Positions 1 to 8,257 of a stretch of 20,023 nt of DNA are shown piece by piece. The notes under the pieces were generated by a model that was given only the letters and a program-made list of their open reading frames with translations, ran no database searches and was not told the DNA's origin. Within the stretch, counting starts at the first letter, position 1. Each line of letters begins with the position of its first letter. The position numbers and the translations under genes are program-made. The DNA lies in contig JBGANF010000149.1 in NCBI GenBank assembly GCA_044222475.1, positions 1-20,023 on the forward strand, given 5' to 3'. The DNA is from Polyangiaceae bacterium. Lineage in GTDB: Bacteria > Myxococcota_A > Polyangia > Polyangiales > Polyangiaceae.

Positions 1-1
1 C

Positions 2-865
2 GACCAAGCGATCGAGGCGACGATCGATCCGACGCTCCATCGCGACCGCGGCCTCTGCCACGAGAAGCTGGGCAACGCCTTCGCCGCCGCCGAAGACTAT
101 CGCGTCTACCTGACGAACGCGCCCAACGCGCCCGATCACGACGCCATCGCCGAGCGACTCAAGGCGCTCGAGGACACGTTGCCGAAGGACACCGTCCACG
201 CGCCGGCGACGGGCCGGACGGCAGTGCAGACGGGCACCGGCGCGATCCCCGATCGCGCCGTGGTGAAAGACGACGGACCCGCGCCGAAGAAAGACGTCGA
301 CGTCCAAGGGAAGACCCAGTCGCAGATCGACTACGAGGAGCAACACGACGCCGAGGCCGACACGAGCCCCGTGCGACGCGGCATCGGCCCGATCGTCGGT
401 GCGTACTACTCGCCGGGGTATTGGGCCCGCGGCGGGTTCGGCTTCACTCAAGCGATCGGCGCGCGCCTCGGCTACTCGTTCGCGGGCGCGAGCAGTCTGC
501 TGTTCGAGATCGGCTACCGAAACAACCGCGGCACCGGCACCGCGTCGTCGAGCGGCGGGATCCAGCTCGCGCTCGGGTACGAAGCTCGCCTCGGGCTCGA
601 TCGGTGGTCGACGAACCAGATCCTCCTCGCTGGGTTCATCGGCTTCGAAGAAGCCAAGCAGAACGGGTCGGGCATCCTCATTCGCTCGCTGATGCCGCGC
701 GGACGGGTTGGCTACCGCCACGTCTTCGGTCGCGCGGTCGGACTCGAGTTCGATGCGGACGTCGGGATCGCGGTCTCGTTCGCGGTGGACGCGCCGCCTG
801 GGAGCCAGAAGGTCGTCGTGGCCCCGATCATCGGCGGGGTGGTGGCGCTCGTAATCGGGTTTTGA
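2..865 (+). CDS. TPR-containing protein with a C-terminal small outer-membrane beta-barrel-like domain (5' partial)
   Basis: The frame of ORF 179..865 is open back to base 2 and reads DQAIEATIDPTLHRDRGLCHEKLGNAFAAAEDYRVYLTNAPNAPDHDAIAERLKALE, which is TPR-like. A low-complexity linker follows, then about 155 aa of Gly/aromatic alternating strands (GARLGYSF, FEIGY, LALGYEARLG, RGRVGYRHVF, LEFDADVG) ending in Phe (VALVIGF). Confidence 0.7.
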   Translation, partial: DQAIEATIDPTLHRDRGLCHEKLGNAFAAAEDYRVYLTNAPNAPDHDAIAERLKALEDTLPKDTVHAPATGRTAVQTGTGAIPDRAVVKDDGPAPKKDVDVQGKTQSQIDYEEQHDAEADTSPVRRGIGPIVGAYYSPGYWARGGFGFTQAIGARLGYSFAGASSLLFEIGYRNNRGTGTASSSGGIQLALGYEARLGLDRWSTNQILLAGFIGFEEAKQNGSGILIRSLMPRGRVGYRHVFGRAVGLEFDADVGIAVSFAVDAPPGSQKVVVAPIIGGVVALVIGF

Positions 866-899
866 CGCCGCGATCGGCTGGGCTAGTCTGCCGCCCGCG

Positions 900-1841
900 A
901 TGGCCAAGTACAACTGCTACGTGTCGCCGAAGACCGGCGCACCGCTGACGTTCTACCCCGAAGGCGACAGCAAGACGGAGGGCGTTCTTCGCGCCGCCGA
1001 CGGAGAGTCCTATCGCGTCACCGGGGGCCTTCCACGGTTCGTCGAGGACGAGGGCTACTCGGCGTCGTTTGGCTTCCAGTGGCACATCCACGACGAGACT
1101 CAGCTCGACAGCCACACCAAAGGGACCGCGACCGCCGACCGCTTCTTCCGTGGGACCCACTGGCCGCACGACATGAAGGGGCAGACCATCCTCGAGGTCG
1201 GCTGCGGCAGCGGCCGCTTCACGGAGGTCCTCGTGGGTACCGGCGCGACGGTATGCTCCGTCGACTTCAGCCGCGCGGCCGAGGTCACGGCGCGGCACTT
1301 CGGCGATCGCGTCGAGGTCGCGCAGGCCTCCATCTACGACCTGCCGTTCGCGAAGGGCTCGTTCGATCGCGTGTTCTGCTACGGCGTCATCCAGCACTGC
1401 CCGGACGTGCGGCAGGCGTTCATGAAGCTCGTCGAGATGATGAAGCCCGGTGGGCACCTAGCCGTCGACGTCTACGACAAGCGGCGCCAGTTCCTCAACG
1501 CGCGCTACCGCGTGCGTTGGCTCACGAAGCGCTTGCCGAAAGAGATGCTCTACGACGCGATCCGGAAGATCGTCCCGCTCTACATGAAGGTGATGCCGCC
1601 GCTGCATCCGTTCAATCAGCTCGTCGTCCCGATCAAGGACTACCGCGGGCGGCTCGGCCTCTCGCGCGAGAACGAGATCGAGCAGAGCATCCTCGACACG
1701 TTCGATGCACTGTCGCCGGCTTACGATCTTCCGCAGTTCAAAGGCACCATGATCAAGTGGTGCAAAGCGGCAGGCCTCGTCGACATCGAGGCTCAGCACG
1801 GCGGGAACGGCGTCGAGGTACGGGCGCGGCGGCCGGCCTGA
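900..1841 (+). CDS. Class I SAM-dependent methyltransferase with N-terminal Trm112-like segment
   Basis: Motif I LEVGCGSGRF, VCSVDFS, QASIYDLPFAKGSFDRVFCYGVIQH, MKPGGHLAVDVY. The N-terminus SPKTGAPL...EGVLRAADGESYRVTGGLPRF resembles Trm112p/YcaR. Confidence 0.9.
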   Translation: MAKYNCYVSPKTGAPLTFYPEGDSKTEGVLRAADGESYRVTGGLPRFVEDEGYSASFGFQWHIHDETQLDSHTKGTATADRFFRGTHWPHDMKGQTILEVGCGSGRFTEVLVGTGATVCSVDFSRAAEVTARHFGDRVEVAQASIYDLPFAKGSFDRVFCYGVIQHCPDVRQAFMKLVEMMKPGGHLAVDVYDKRRQFLNARYRVRWLTKRLPKEMLYDAIRKIVPLYMKVMPPLHPFNQLVVPIKDYRGRLGLSRENEIEQSILDTFDALSPAYDLPQFKGTMIKWCKAAGLVDIEAQHGGNGVEVRARRPA

Positions 1842-1848
1842 GCGCCCT

Positions 1849-4194
1849 TCAGTTCGGCGGGAGCGGCGCTTGGCCGCGCGGAACGTCGTCGTCGTCGTCG
1901 CCACCACCGCCACCAGCCGAAGGCTCGGGCTCCTGGTCGACCGGGCCGTACCCCTCGCGCCGGTAGTAGTAGTACTGGTTGTAGTAGTAGCTGTACGTCG
2001 TCTTCGTGAGGTCGACGGCGTTGAGCACCGCGCCCGCGATCGGCGCATCGACGTCGGTCAGGGCGCGGAGGCCTTGGCGCGCGAGGTAGTGGCTCGTCTT
2101 GAACGCCCGGATGACGAACACGGTGGCATCGACGAGGGTCGACACGATGGCCGAGTCGGTCACCGCCGCGAGGGGAGGGCTGTCGATGATGATGCGGTCG
2201 AAGCGCTTCGAGAGCTCGGCGAGCGTCTGCTTGAAGCGCTCGGAGTGGAGCAGATCGGCCGGGTTCGGCGGCGGCGAGCCGGCGGGAATGCACCACAGGT
2301 TGGGAATCTCGCCGCCCTGCGGGCCGGCTTTGGCCGGCTTCGCGACCTCTTCGATCGTGGCGTCGCCGATGAGGACCGAGGTGAGACCCATGTCGCCAGC
2401 GCGCCCGAATACGCGGTGGAGGCGCGGCCGGCGGAGGTCGCAGTCGACGACGCAGACCTTCTGCCCGCTCTGGGCCATCGCGATCGCGATGCTGCATGCG
2501 ACCGTCGTCTTGCCTTCGGCCGGAGCCGAGCTCGTCACGAGGATGACCCGGTGGGGATGGTCCGGGCTCATGAAGTGGAGGTTGGTGCGCAGGGTGCGCG
2601 CGGCCTCGGCGACGCCGCTTAGCGGCCGCTGGTGCACGTAGATCGCCGGATCGTCGGTGGTCGCGCGGGGGAGATCACCGCGGCGGCGCCGCTTCTTCGT
2701 TCCCTTCTTGCCCGTCTCGCTGTCGTCGAGCGACGGCAGCATCCCGAGGAACGTCATGTTGAGGCGCCCCTCGACGTCGGCCGGGGTCTTGAGCGAGCTG
2801 TCGAGCTGCTCACGCAGCACGGCGAGCGCGATCCCGAGGACGAGGCCGATCGCTGCGCCGATGCCCAGGTTGGCCAGGGTGTTCGGGCGAATGGGCGCCT
2901 TGGGCTCGACCGGCTCGTCGATGACGGAGACGTTGTTCACCTTCATCATGCGCGCGAGGTCGGCCTCTTTCATGCGCTCGAGGAGGGTGCTGTACATCTT
3001 CTCGTTCTGCGCGCGCGCGCGATCGAGGCGGTGGTACTCGAGCTCCTTCAGGTTCAGGTCGACAGCGCGCTTGCGGGCGTCCTCATAGAGCATCGCCTCG
3101 CCGGCTTCTTGGCGCTGGATGATGGCGAGATCGCGCTCGACGGCGCCCTGGATGTTCCGCACCTCGGCGACCAGCGCGCGCTTGCACTGCAGGATCTTCT
3201 CGTCGGCCGCGAGGACGAGGGGGTGGTTTTCGCCCTTACCCCCACCGACGCCGCCGGAAACGAGCTCCTGGCGCTCCTTCACCGCCCCGAGGTACTGGGC
3301 GCGGAGCTGTTGGAGGAACGCGTTGTTGAGGAGCTCGGAGGCTGGCAGCGAGTCGACGTTGTCGACCGTGATCTTCGCGAGCTCGGCGTGGCGCGCTTCG
3401 AGCTCCTTGCGCTTGGTCCGCGTCTTGGTGAGGGCATCGTCGTACGACTCCATCTCACGGCGGATCATCTTGCTCACCTCCTCGAGGGTGCTCGAGGGGA
3501 GGTCGTTGTCCTTCTTGAAGTTGTGGAGCTCGACCTCGCTCTGCTTGAGCTCGCTCCCGTAGTGGTCGACTTGACCCGTGAGCCAGAGAGCGGCATCGGA
3601 GCTCTCGCCGATCGCCTTCTGGAGGTTGTGATCGACGTAGGTGTGAGCGACCGAGTAGGCGAGGCGGGTGGCGAGCGCTTTGTCGGTGTCCTCGACGCGG
3701 ACGTAGAACAGGCGGCTGCTCTTGACCGGTTCGACGAGGATGCGTCCGCGAAGCGAGACGACCGCGGCGTCGATCGCGTCCTTGCTGCCCGGCGCCGCGC
3801 TGCCGATGAAGCGCGGATCGGACCCGAGGTTCATGTCACGCACGACCTTGGTGAGGATCGCGTCGCTCGTGATGATCGTGAACTGGGTCTGGTAGTTCTC
3901 CTGGTTGTCGAAGAAGCTGTTCCAACCCATCATCGGGTCGCCCTGGCCGCCGCCGAGGGGGCGCACCGGGTTCGGATCGAACTCGAGCATGGCCGAGGCC
4001 TGGTAGACCCGCGGGCGCGACTTCGACCAGAGGAAGGCGATGCCCGTGCTCAGGAGCAACAGCGCGGCGATGACGGGCCAGTGCTTGTAGGCGCCGACGA
4101 GAATGCGACGGAAATCCGCCGAGCTTTCTTCGGGGCGCTCCCTCTTGTTGGGCGAGGTCTTCAGCTTTTCGGGGAGTGCCTTCGGGGTCGCCAT
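1849..4194 (-). CDS. wzc: Wzc-type polysaccharide co-polymerase / bacterial tyrosine autokinase
   Basis: N-terminal TM (WPVIAALLLLSTGIAFLW) then PRVYQASAML, a coiled-coil periplasmic region, PKAPIRP plus a second TM, Walker A SSAPAEGKTT, A' VVDCDLRRP, B IIIDSPP, and a C-terminal Tyr cluster YSYYYNQYYYY. Confidence 0.95.
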   Translation of the reverse strand: MATPKALPEKLKTSPNKRERPEESSADFRRILVGAYKHWPVIAALLLLSTGIAFLWSKSRPRVYQASAMLEFDPNPVRPLGGGQGDPMMGWNSFFDNQENYQTQFTIITSDAILTKVVRDMNLGSDPRFIGSAAPGSKDAIDAAVVSLRGRILVEPVKSSRLFYVRVEDTDKALATRLAYSVAHTYVDHNLQKAIGESSDAALWLTGQVDHYGSELKQSEVELHNFKKDNDLPSSTLEEVSKMIRREMESYDDALTKTRTKRKELEARHAELAKITVDNVDSLPASELLNNAFLQQLRAQYLGAVKERQELVSGGVGGGKGENHPLVLAADEKILQCKRALVAEVRNIQGAVERDLAIIQRQEAGEAMLYEDARKRAVDLNLKELEYHRLDRARAQNEKMYSTLLERMKEADLARMMKVNNVSVIDEPVEPKAPIRPNTLANLGIGAAIGLVLGIALAVLREQLDSSLKTPADVEGRLNMTFLGMLPSLDDSETGKKGTKKRRRRGDLPRATTDDPAIYVHQRPLSGVAEAARTLRTNLHFMSPDHPHRVILVTSSAPAEGKTTVACSIAIAMAQSGQKVCVVDCDLRRPRLHRVFGRAGDMGLTSVLIGDATIEEVAKPAKAGPQGGEIPNLWCIPAGSPPPNPADLLHSERFKQTLAELSKRFDRIIIDSPPLAAVTDSAIVSTLVDATVFVIRAFKTSHYLARQGLRALTDVDAPIAGAVLNAVDLTKTTYSYYYNQYYYYRREGYGPVDQEPEPSAGGGGGDDDDDVPRGQAPLPPN

Positions 4195-4377
4195 TCAGGT
4201 GCTCGGGACAATCTGGTGGGGGTTTTCCCTACCTCATGACGGGGGATCGTGCCAGTTGGATGCGCCCGATGGGGGGTTAATTCACGCGTTCTCCCTCGAA
4301 AACACTGAGGTTTTTGGAAATCGTTCCTGCGAGTTCTCGCTGGTCAAATCACGCCGAGGAGGGCTAAAACCCCCTCC
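4195..4377. promoter_or_regulatory. Divergent intergenic/promoter region between wzc and asnB containing two inverted copies of a GAGG..AGGG..AAAACCCCC.CC motif
   Basis: 183-bp non-coding gap, more AT-rich than its flanks. Minus strand 4235-4215 reads GAGGTAGGGAAAACCCCCACC and plus strand 4356-4377 reads GAGGAGGGCTAAAACCCCCTCC. Confidence 0.6.
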
Positions 4378-6276
4378 ATGTGCGGCATCGCAGGATTCCT
4401 CGGCCTGCTTGCCGGTTCCGACGCCGGCTCGAAGGCCGACGCCCTTGCCCGCGCCATGTGCGAGAGGATGCGTCACCGCGGGCCCGATGGGGGCGGCGTC
4501 ACCGTCGACGATGGCGTGGCGCTCGGGATGGTCCGCTTGGCCATCGTCGACGTCGAGCACGGCGCGCAGCCGATGTTCTCCGACGATCGCTCGATCGCGC
4601 TCGTCTACAACGGCGAGATCTACAACGCGCCGGCGCTCCGCCGAGAGCTCGAAGCGAAGGGCGTCCGCTTCCGCACGCGAAGCGACACCGAGGTGATCCT
4701 TCGCCTCTACGAGCAGGACCCGAACGACGTCGAGCGGCACCTCGTCGGGATGTGGGCGTTCGCCGTTCACGATCGTCGACGGAAGCAGCTCGTGCTCAGC
4801 CGTGATCGCTTCGGCATCAAGCCGCTCTACGTCGCCGACGACGGACGCCGCCTCGCGTTCGCGTCCGAGCTGCGCTGCTTCGGGCCCGTGCGACCGCACG
4901 GGCTCGAGCCGCTGTTCGAGGTGGACCACGGCTCCGCCCACGCGATGCTCGCGTGGTCGTACGTTCCGAACGAAGCGACCATCTACCGCGGCGTGCGCCG
5001 GCTTCCTCCTGCGACGCGACTCACGATCGACCTCGCGACCGGGACCCGACGCGAGGCGCGGTACTGGACGGTCCAACCGTCGGCCGAATCGGCGCGCGTG
5101 ACGCGGCTCGAAGACGCGTGCGCCCTGATCGAGCCGCTGCTCGCCCGCTCCGTCACCGAGCACCTCGAGAGCGACGTGCCGGTCGCCGCGTTCTTGAGCG
5201 GTGGCATCGACTCGTCGCTCGTCGCGCACTACGCGTCGCGCGCGACGAAGACCCCGATCCAAGCGTTCACGATCGGCTTCCGCGAGCCGCGCTTCGACGA
5301 GTCTCCGTTCGCTCGCAAGACGGCCGAAAAACTCGGGATGAAGCTCCACGTCGAGGTCCTCGACGAGAAGCTCGCGCAGGAGTCGCTCGGCGCGGCTCTG
5401 TCCGCGTACGACGAGCCGTTCGGCGACGCGTCCAGCTTGGCGACGTTCCTCCTCGCGAAGGTCGTCGCGCGCACGCACAAGGTCGCGCTCGGCGGCGACG
5501 GCGGCGACGAAGTGTTTGCAGGATACAAGAAACACCGGATCGTCGCAGTGCGCGACGCCGTCGATCGCGCGCCCACGCTCCGAGATCTCGCGGCTCACGC
5601 GCTCGGCCGTCTCCCGACTCGCACGGATCGGACGACGCGCGTCGGCGAGATCTTGCGCACGGCCGCGCGCATCGCGCGCAGTCTCGGCGGGACGGACGCT
5701 CAGGCGTACGTCGCGTTGACCCAGGTCGCGTCGCTCGGGAAGACGGCGCCGTTGGTCCGCGAGCCGGCGAGCGCCGACCGCTTCGAGCGCCCGCTGCTGG
5801 AGCTGTTCACGCATGGTGAAGGCTCGCAGATCCAGCGAACGCTCACCTGCGATCTCGCGAACACGCTCCCCAACGACATGCTGGTGAAGGTCGACCGGGC
5901 GACGATGGCGTGTCACCTCGAGGCGCGCGTGCCGTTCCTCGATCATCGTGTCGTCGAAGCCGGACTCGGGCTCCCGAAGAAGTTCAGCCTCGGGCGCCAA
6001 GGGAAAGCCGTCCTGCGCGAGCTCCACGAGCGGCGCTTCGGTCGCGAGCTGGCTCGACGCAAGAAGCAGGGGTTCGGCGTGCCAGTCGAAGCATGGCTGC
6101 GCGGCGCGCTCGAGCCCGAGTGCGAGCGGTTGTTCTCGACGTCGGCGCTCGACGCGCACGGCGTGCTCTCCAGCGAGGCGCTCGGCGACGGCAAGTGGAA
6201 CGAGTGGCGGCGCACGGATCCGCAGCTCCTGTGGCACGCGTTCGTGCTCGCCCGCTGGTGCGAGGAGAACCTGTGA
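4378..6276 (+). CDS. asnB: Asparagine synthase (glutamine-hydrolysing) family amidotransferase, probably glycan-amidating
   Basis: MCGIAG with catalytic Cys2, HRGPD, RLAIVD, YNGEIYN, SDTEVIL, RDRFGIKPLY, FLSGGIDSS, GDGGDEVFAGY, KVDRATMACHLEARVPFLD, RKKQGFGVP. The glycan role is inferred from context. Confidence 0.95.
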   Translation: MCGIAGFLGLLAGSDAGSKADALARAMCERMRHRGPDGGGVTVDDGVALGMVRLAIVDVEHGAQPMFSDDRSIALVYNGEIYNAPALRRELEAKGVRFRTRSDTEVILRLYEQDPNDVERHLVGMWAFAVHDRRRKQLVLSRDRFGIKPLYVADDGRRLAFASELRCFGPVRPHGLEPLFEVDHGSAHAMLAWSYVPNEATIYRGVRRLPPATRLTIDLATGTRREARYWTVQPSAESARVTRLEDACALIEPLLARSVTEHLESDVPVAAFLSGGIDSSLVAHYASRATKTPIQAFTIGFREPRFDESPFARKTAEKLGMKLHVEVLDEKLAQESLGAALSAYDEPFGDASSLATFLLAKVVARTHKVALGGDGGDEVFAGYKKHRIVAVRDAVDRAPTLRDLAAHALGRLPTRTDRTTRVGEILRTAARIARSLGGTDAQAYVALTQVASLGKTAPLVREPASADRFERPLLELFTHGEGSQIQRTLTCDLANTLPNDMLVKVDRATMACHLEARVPFLDHRVVEAGLGLPKKFSLGRQGKAVLRELHERRFGRELARRKKQGFGVPVEAWLRGALEPECERLFSTSALDAHGVLSSEALGDGKWNEWRRTDPQLLWHAFVLARWCEENL

Positions 6277-7270
6277 TCGCGTACTGCGCGTTCGCGTTCG
6301 TCGCCGCGCTTCTCTCGTGCGAGGCGGTACGGCGCTTCGCGATGCGCCGCGCGCTTCTCGACAAACCGAACGAGCGCAGCCTTCACCAGACGCCCACCCC
6401 GCGGTTGGGAGGCGTCGCGATCATCTGCGGGGTCGTGCTCGGTGCGGCGCCGCTCGTCCTCGGTGCCGGGCTCGAGGTGCGCGTGCTGCTCGGGGGAGGG
6501 CTCCTGATCGCGGTCCTCGGGCTCGTCGACGACATCAAGCCGCTGCGGGCATCGCTGCGGTTCGTCCTTCAGATCGCGGGCGCTGCGCTGCTGCTCTGGG
6601 CGATCGGCTTGCCGAAGCTCGACGTGCTGCCGGGCGTGGCGCTGAACGCGCCGGCGTGGGTCGTGGCGATCGTGCTCACGATCTGGATCGTCGGCGTCCT
6701 CAACATCTACAACTTCATGGACGGGATGGACGGCCTCGCCGGGACGCAGGCCGTGGTCACCTCGGCGGCGCACGCGGTGATCTTCGACCGCGCGGGCCAG
6801 AGCGATCTCAGCTCGGTCGCTGCGATCCTCGGAGCGTCGAGCTCGGGTTTTCTCGCCCAGAATTTCCCGCCGGCGCGGATCTCGGCGGGGCGACGCGCGG
6901 GAGCACGTTCGTCGGCTTCGTGTTCGCCAGCCTCGGCGTGATCGGGATGCACCACGGAGTGTCGCTCCTCGCGCTCGCGTTGCCGCTGTCGCCGTTCCTG
7001 CTGGATGGGACGTTCACGATCCTGCGCCGCGCGTCACGCAAGGAGGCGGTGTGGCGTGCGCATCGGACGCACCTGTATCAACGCGCGGTGCAGACCGGCC
7101 TCGCACACCGCGAGGTGCTCTTGGTCTACGCGGGTTGGATGGCGATCGTGCTCGGGGTCAGTGCGTTCGGTGGGAGCGCGGCGCTGGTGTATGGCGGGTG
7201 GGCGGTGTCGGTCCTCGTGCTGCTCGGCGTGTGGCGCTGGGTCGTCGGTCGAGAGACCGGAGCGGTCTAG
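6273..7270 (+). CDS. MraY/WecA(Rfe)-like polyprenyl-phosphate sugar-1-phosphate transferase; apparent frameshift at about 6880-6900
   Basis: GTG start overlaps the asnB stop (GTGA). Motifs DKPNERSLHQTPTPRLGGVAI, LGLVDD, NIYNFMDGMDGLA, NFPPARI. The expected FMGDxGS motif is garbled, then another frame resumes GSTFVGF...DGTFTILRR...AHRTHLYQR to TAG at 7270. Confidence 0.88.
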
Positions 7271-8202
7271 AGAATTCGCTCGCTGCGCAGCCAGTCGATC
7301 TCGTCTCGTATCGCCCACGCCAGGTCGACGTGCGGATCGACGCCGAGATCTCTCGTGACCCGCGAAGGATCGCACAGGCTGTCGCGCGTCGACTTGTCGA
7401 TGAGCTCGCCGGAGATGGGCGTCGATCGTCCGAGGCGGCGCGCGACGCGACCCACGAGCTCGGCGGCGCCGCGCACGAGGGGCAGGGGAATCGAGGGCGC
7501 ACGGCGACGACCGAGCGCGTCGGCGATCGTGTCGGCGAGCTCGCGGATCGTCGGCGTCGCGCGATCGGCGACGACGAAGGTGCCGGTCGCCTCCTTCGTC
7601 GCGGCCGCGCGCACGACCTTCGCGACGGTCGATACGTGGACGATGCTCTTCTTGGTCGCGCCGCGCCCGGGGACGACGAACCGGCGCCGCGCGATCGCGC
7701 GGATCATCGTGCGCACGTTCCCCTTGTCGCCGCGGCCGAAGACGGGGCACAGGCGCAAGACGACCGGCCGGAGATCGGCGGCTTCGAGCACGATGCGCTC
7801 CGCCCGCGCTTTGGTCGCGGCGTACGCGCTCTCCTCCGCGATCGGAGTGTTCTCGTCGATGGTGCCGCGGAGGTCTTCGCCGTGCACCTTGATCGAGCTC
7901 ATGAAGACGAAGCGCTTCACCCCGACGGAGCGCGCCGCCTCGATCAACGCGTGGGTTCCATCGACGTTGAAGCGGACGTACTCGTCGTCCGGCGCTCCGG
8001 GGCGATGCACGACCGCCGCCGAGTGGACCACGCCGGTCGCGCCCTCGAGCGCGGCGCGGAGCTCGTCCTTGGTCCAGCTCGATACGCGTCGCCCGCCGGC
8101 GGGGGCCGCGCTGCGATACAGGCCGACGGCACGCTCGGCGTCGGACAGCTCACGCAGGACGTGCCCGCCCACGAAGCCCGATGCGCCGGTGACGATCCAC
8201 AC
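7267..8202 (-). CDS. NAD-dependent epimerase/dehydratase (extended SDR, UDP-glucose 4-epimerase-like)
   Basis: VTGASGFVGG Rossmann motif, VVHSAAVVH, NVDGT, FVFMSSIKV, YAATK (YxxxK), VFGRGDKGN. Start chosen at GTG 8202; TTG 8223 is an alternative, and the track start 8268 would overlap the divergent gene. Confidence 0.9.
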   Translation of the reverse strand: MWIVTGASGFVGGHVLRELSDAERAVGLYRSAAPAGGRRVSSWTKDELRAALEGATGVVHSAAVVHRPGAPDDEYVRFNVDGTHALIEAARSVGVKRFVFMSSIKVHGEDLRGTIDENTPIAEESAYAATKARAERIVLEAADLRPVVLRLCPVFGRGDKGNVRTMIRAIARRRFVVPGRGATKKSIVHVSTVAKVVRAAATKEATGTFVVADRATPTIRELADTIADALGRRRAPSIPLPLVRGAAELVGRVARRLGRSTPISGELIDKSTRDSLCDPSRVTRDLGVDPHVDLAWAIRDEIDWLRSERIL

Positions 8203-8257
8203 GGCCGAAGGTGTAGCTACCAAGTCTCCGCGCGCCAAGTAGTATGCGACGCCGAAC

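Noticed and set aside
1884..1992. (GTC)n and (GTA)n triplet runs as a repeat array or CRISPR
   Set aside because: They encode the poly-Asp and poly-Tyr tracts of Wzc; there is no repeat-spacer structure.
2632..4239. 535-aa antisense ORF opposite wzc (and similar ones at 7051-8385 and 8150-9589)
   Set aside because: Antisense shadows of well-supported genes.
4238..4256. TGGCACG on the minus strand upstream of wzc as a sigma-54 promoter
   Set aside because: The -24 element matches, but the -12 TTGC is absent (CCCG instead).
4195..4377. JUMPstart/ops antitermination element upstream of the glycan genes
   Set aside because: No GGCGGTAG-type match was seen on either strand.
4282..6237. 651-aa antisense ORF opposite asnB
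   Set aside because: Shadow ORF typical of high-GC codon bias, with no recognisable motifs.
5910..6272. N-terminal extensions of ORFs 5910..6941 and 5948..7270
   Set aside because: They overlap asnB in other frames. The transferase starts at GTG 6273.
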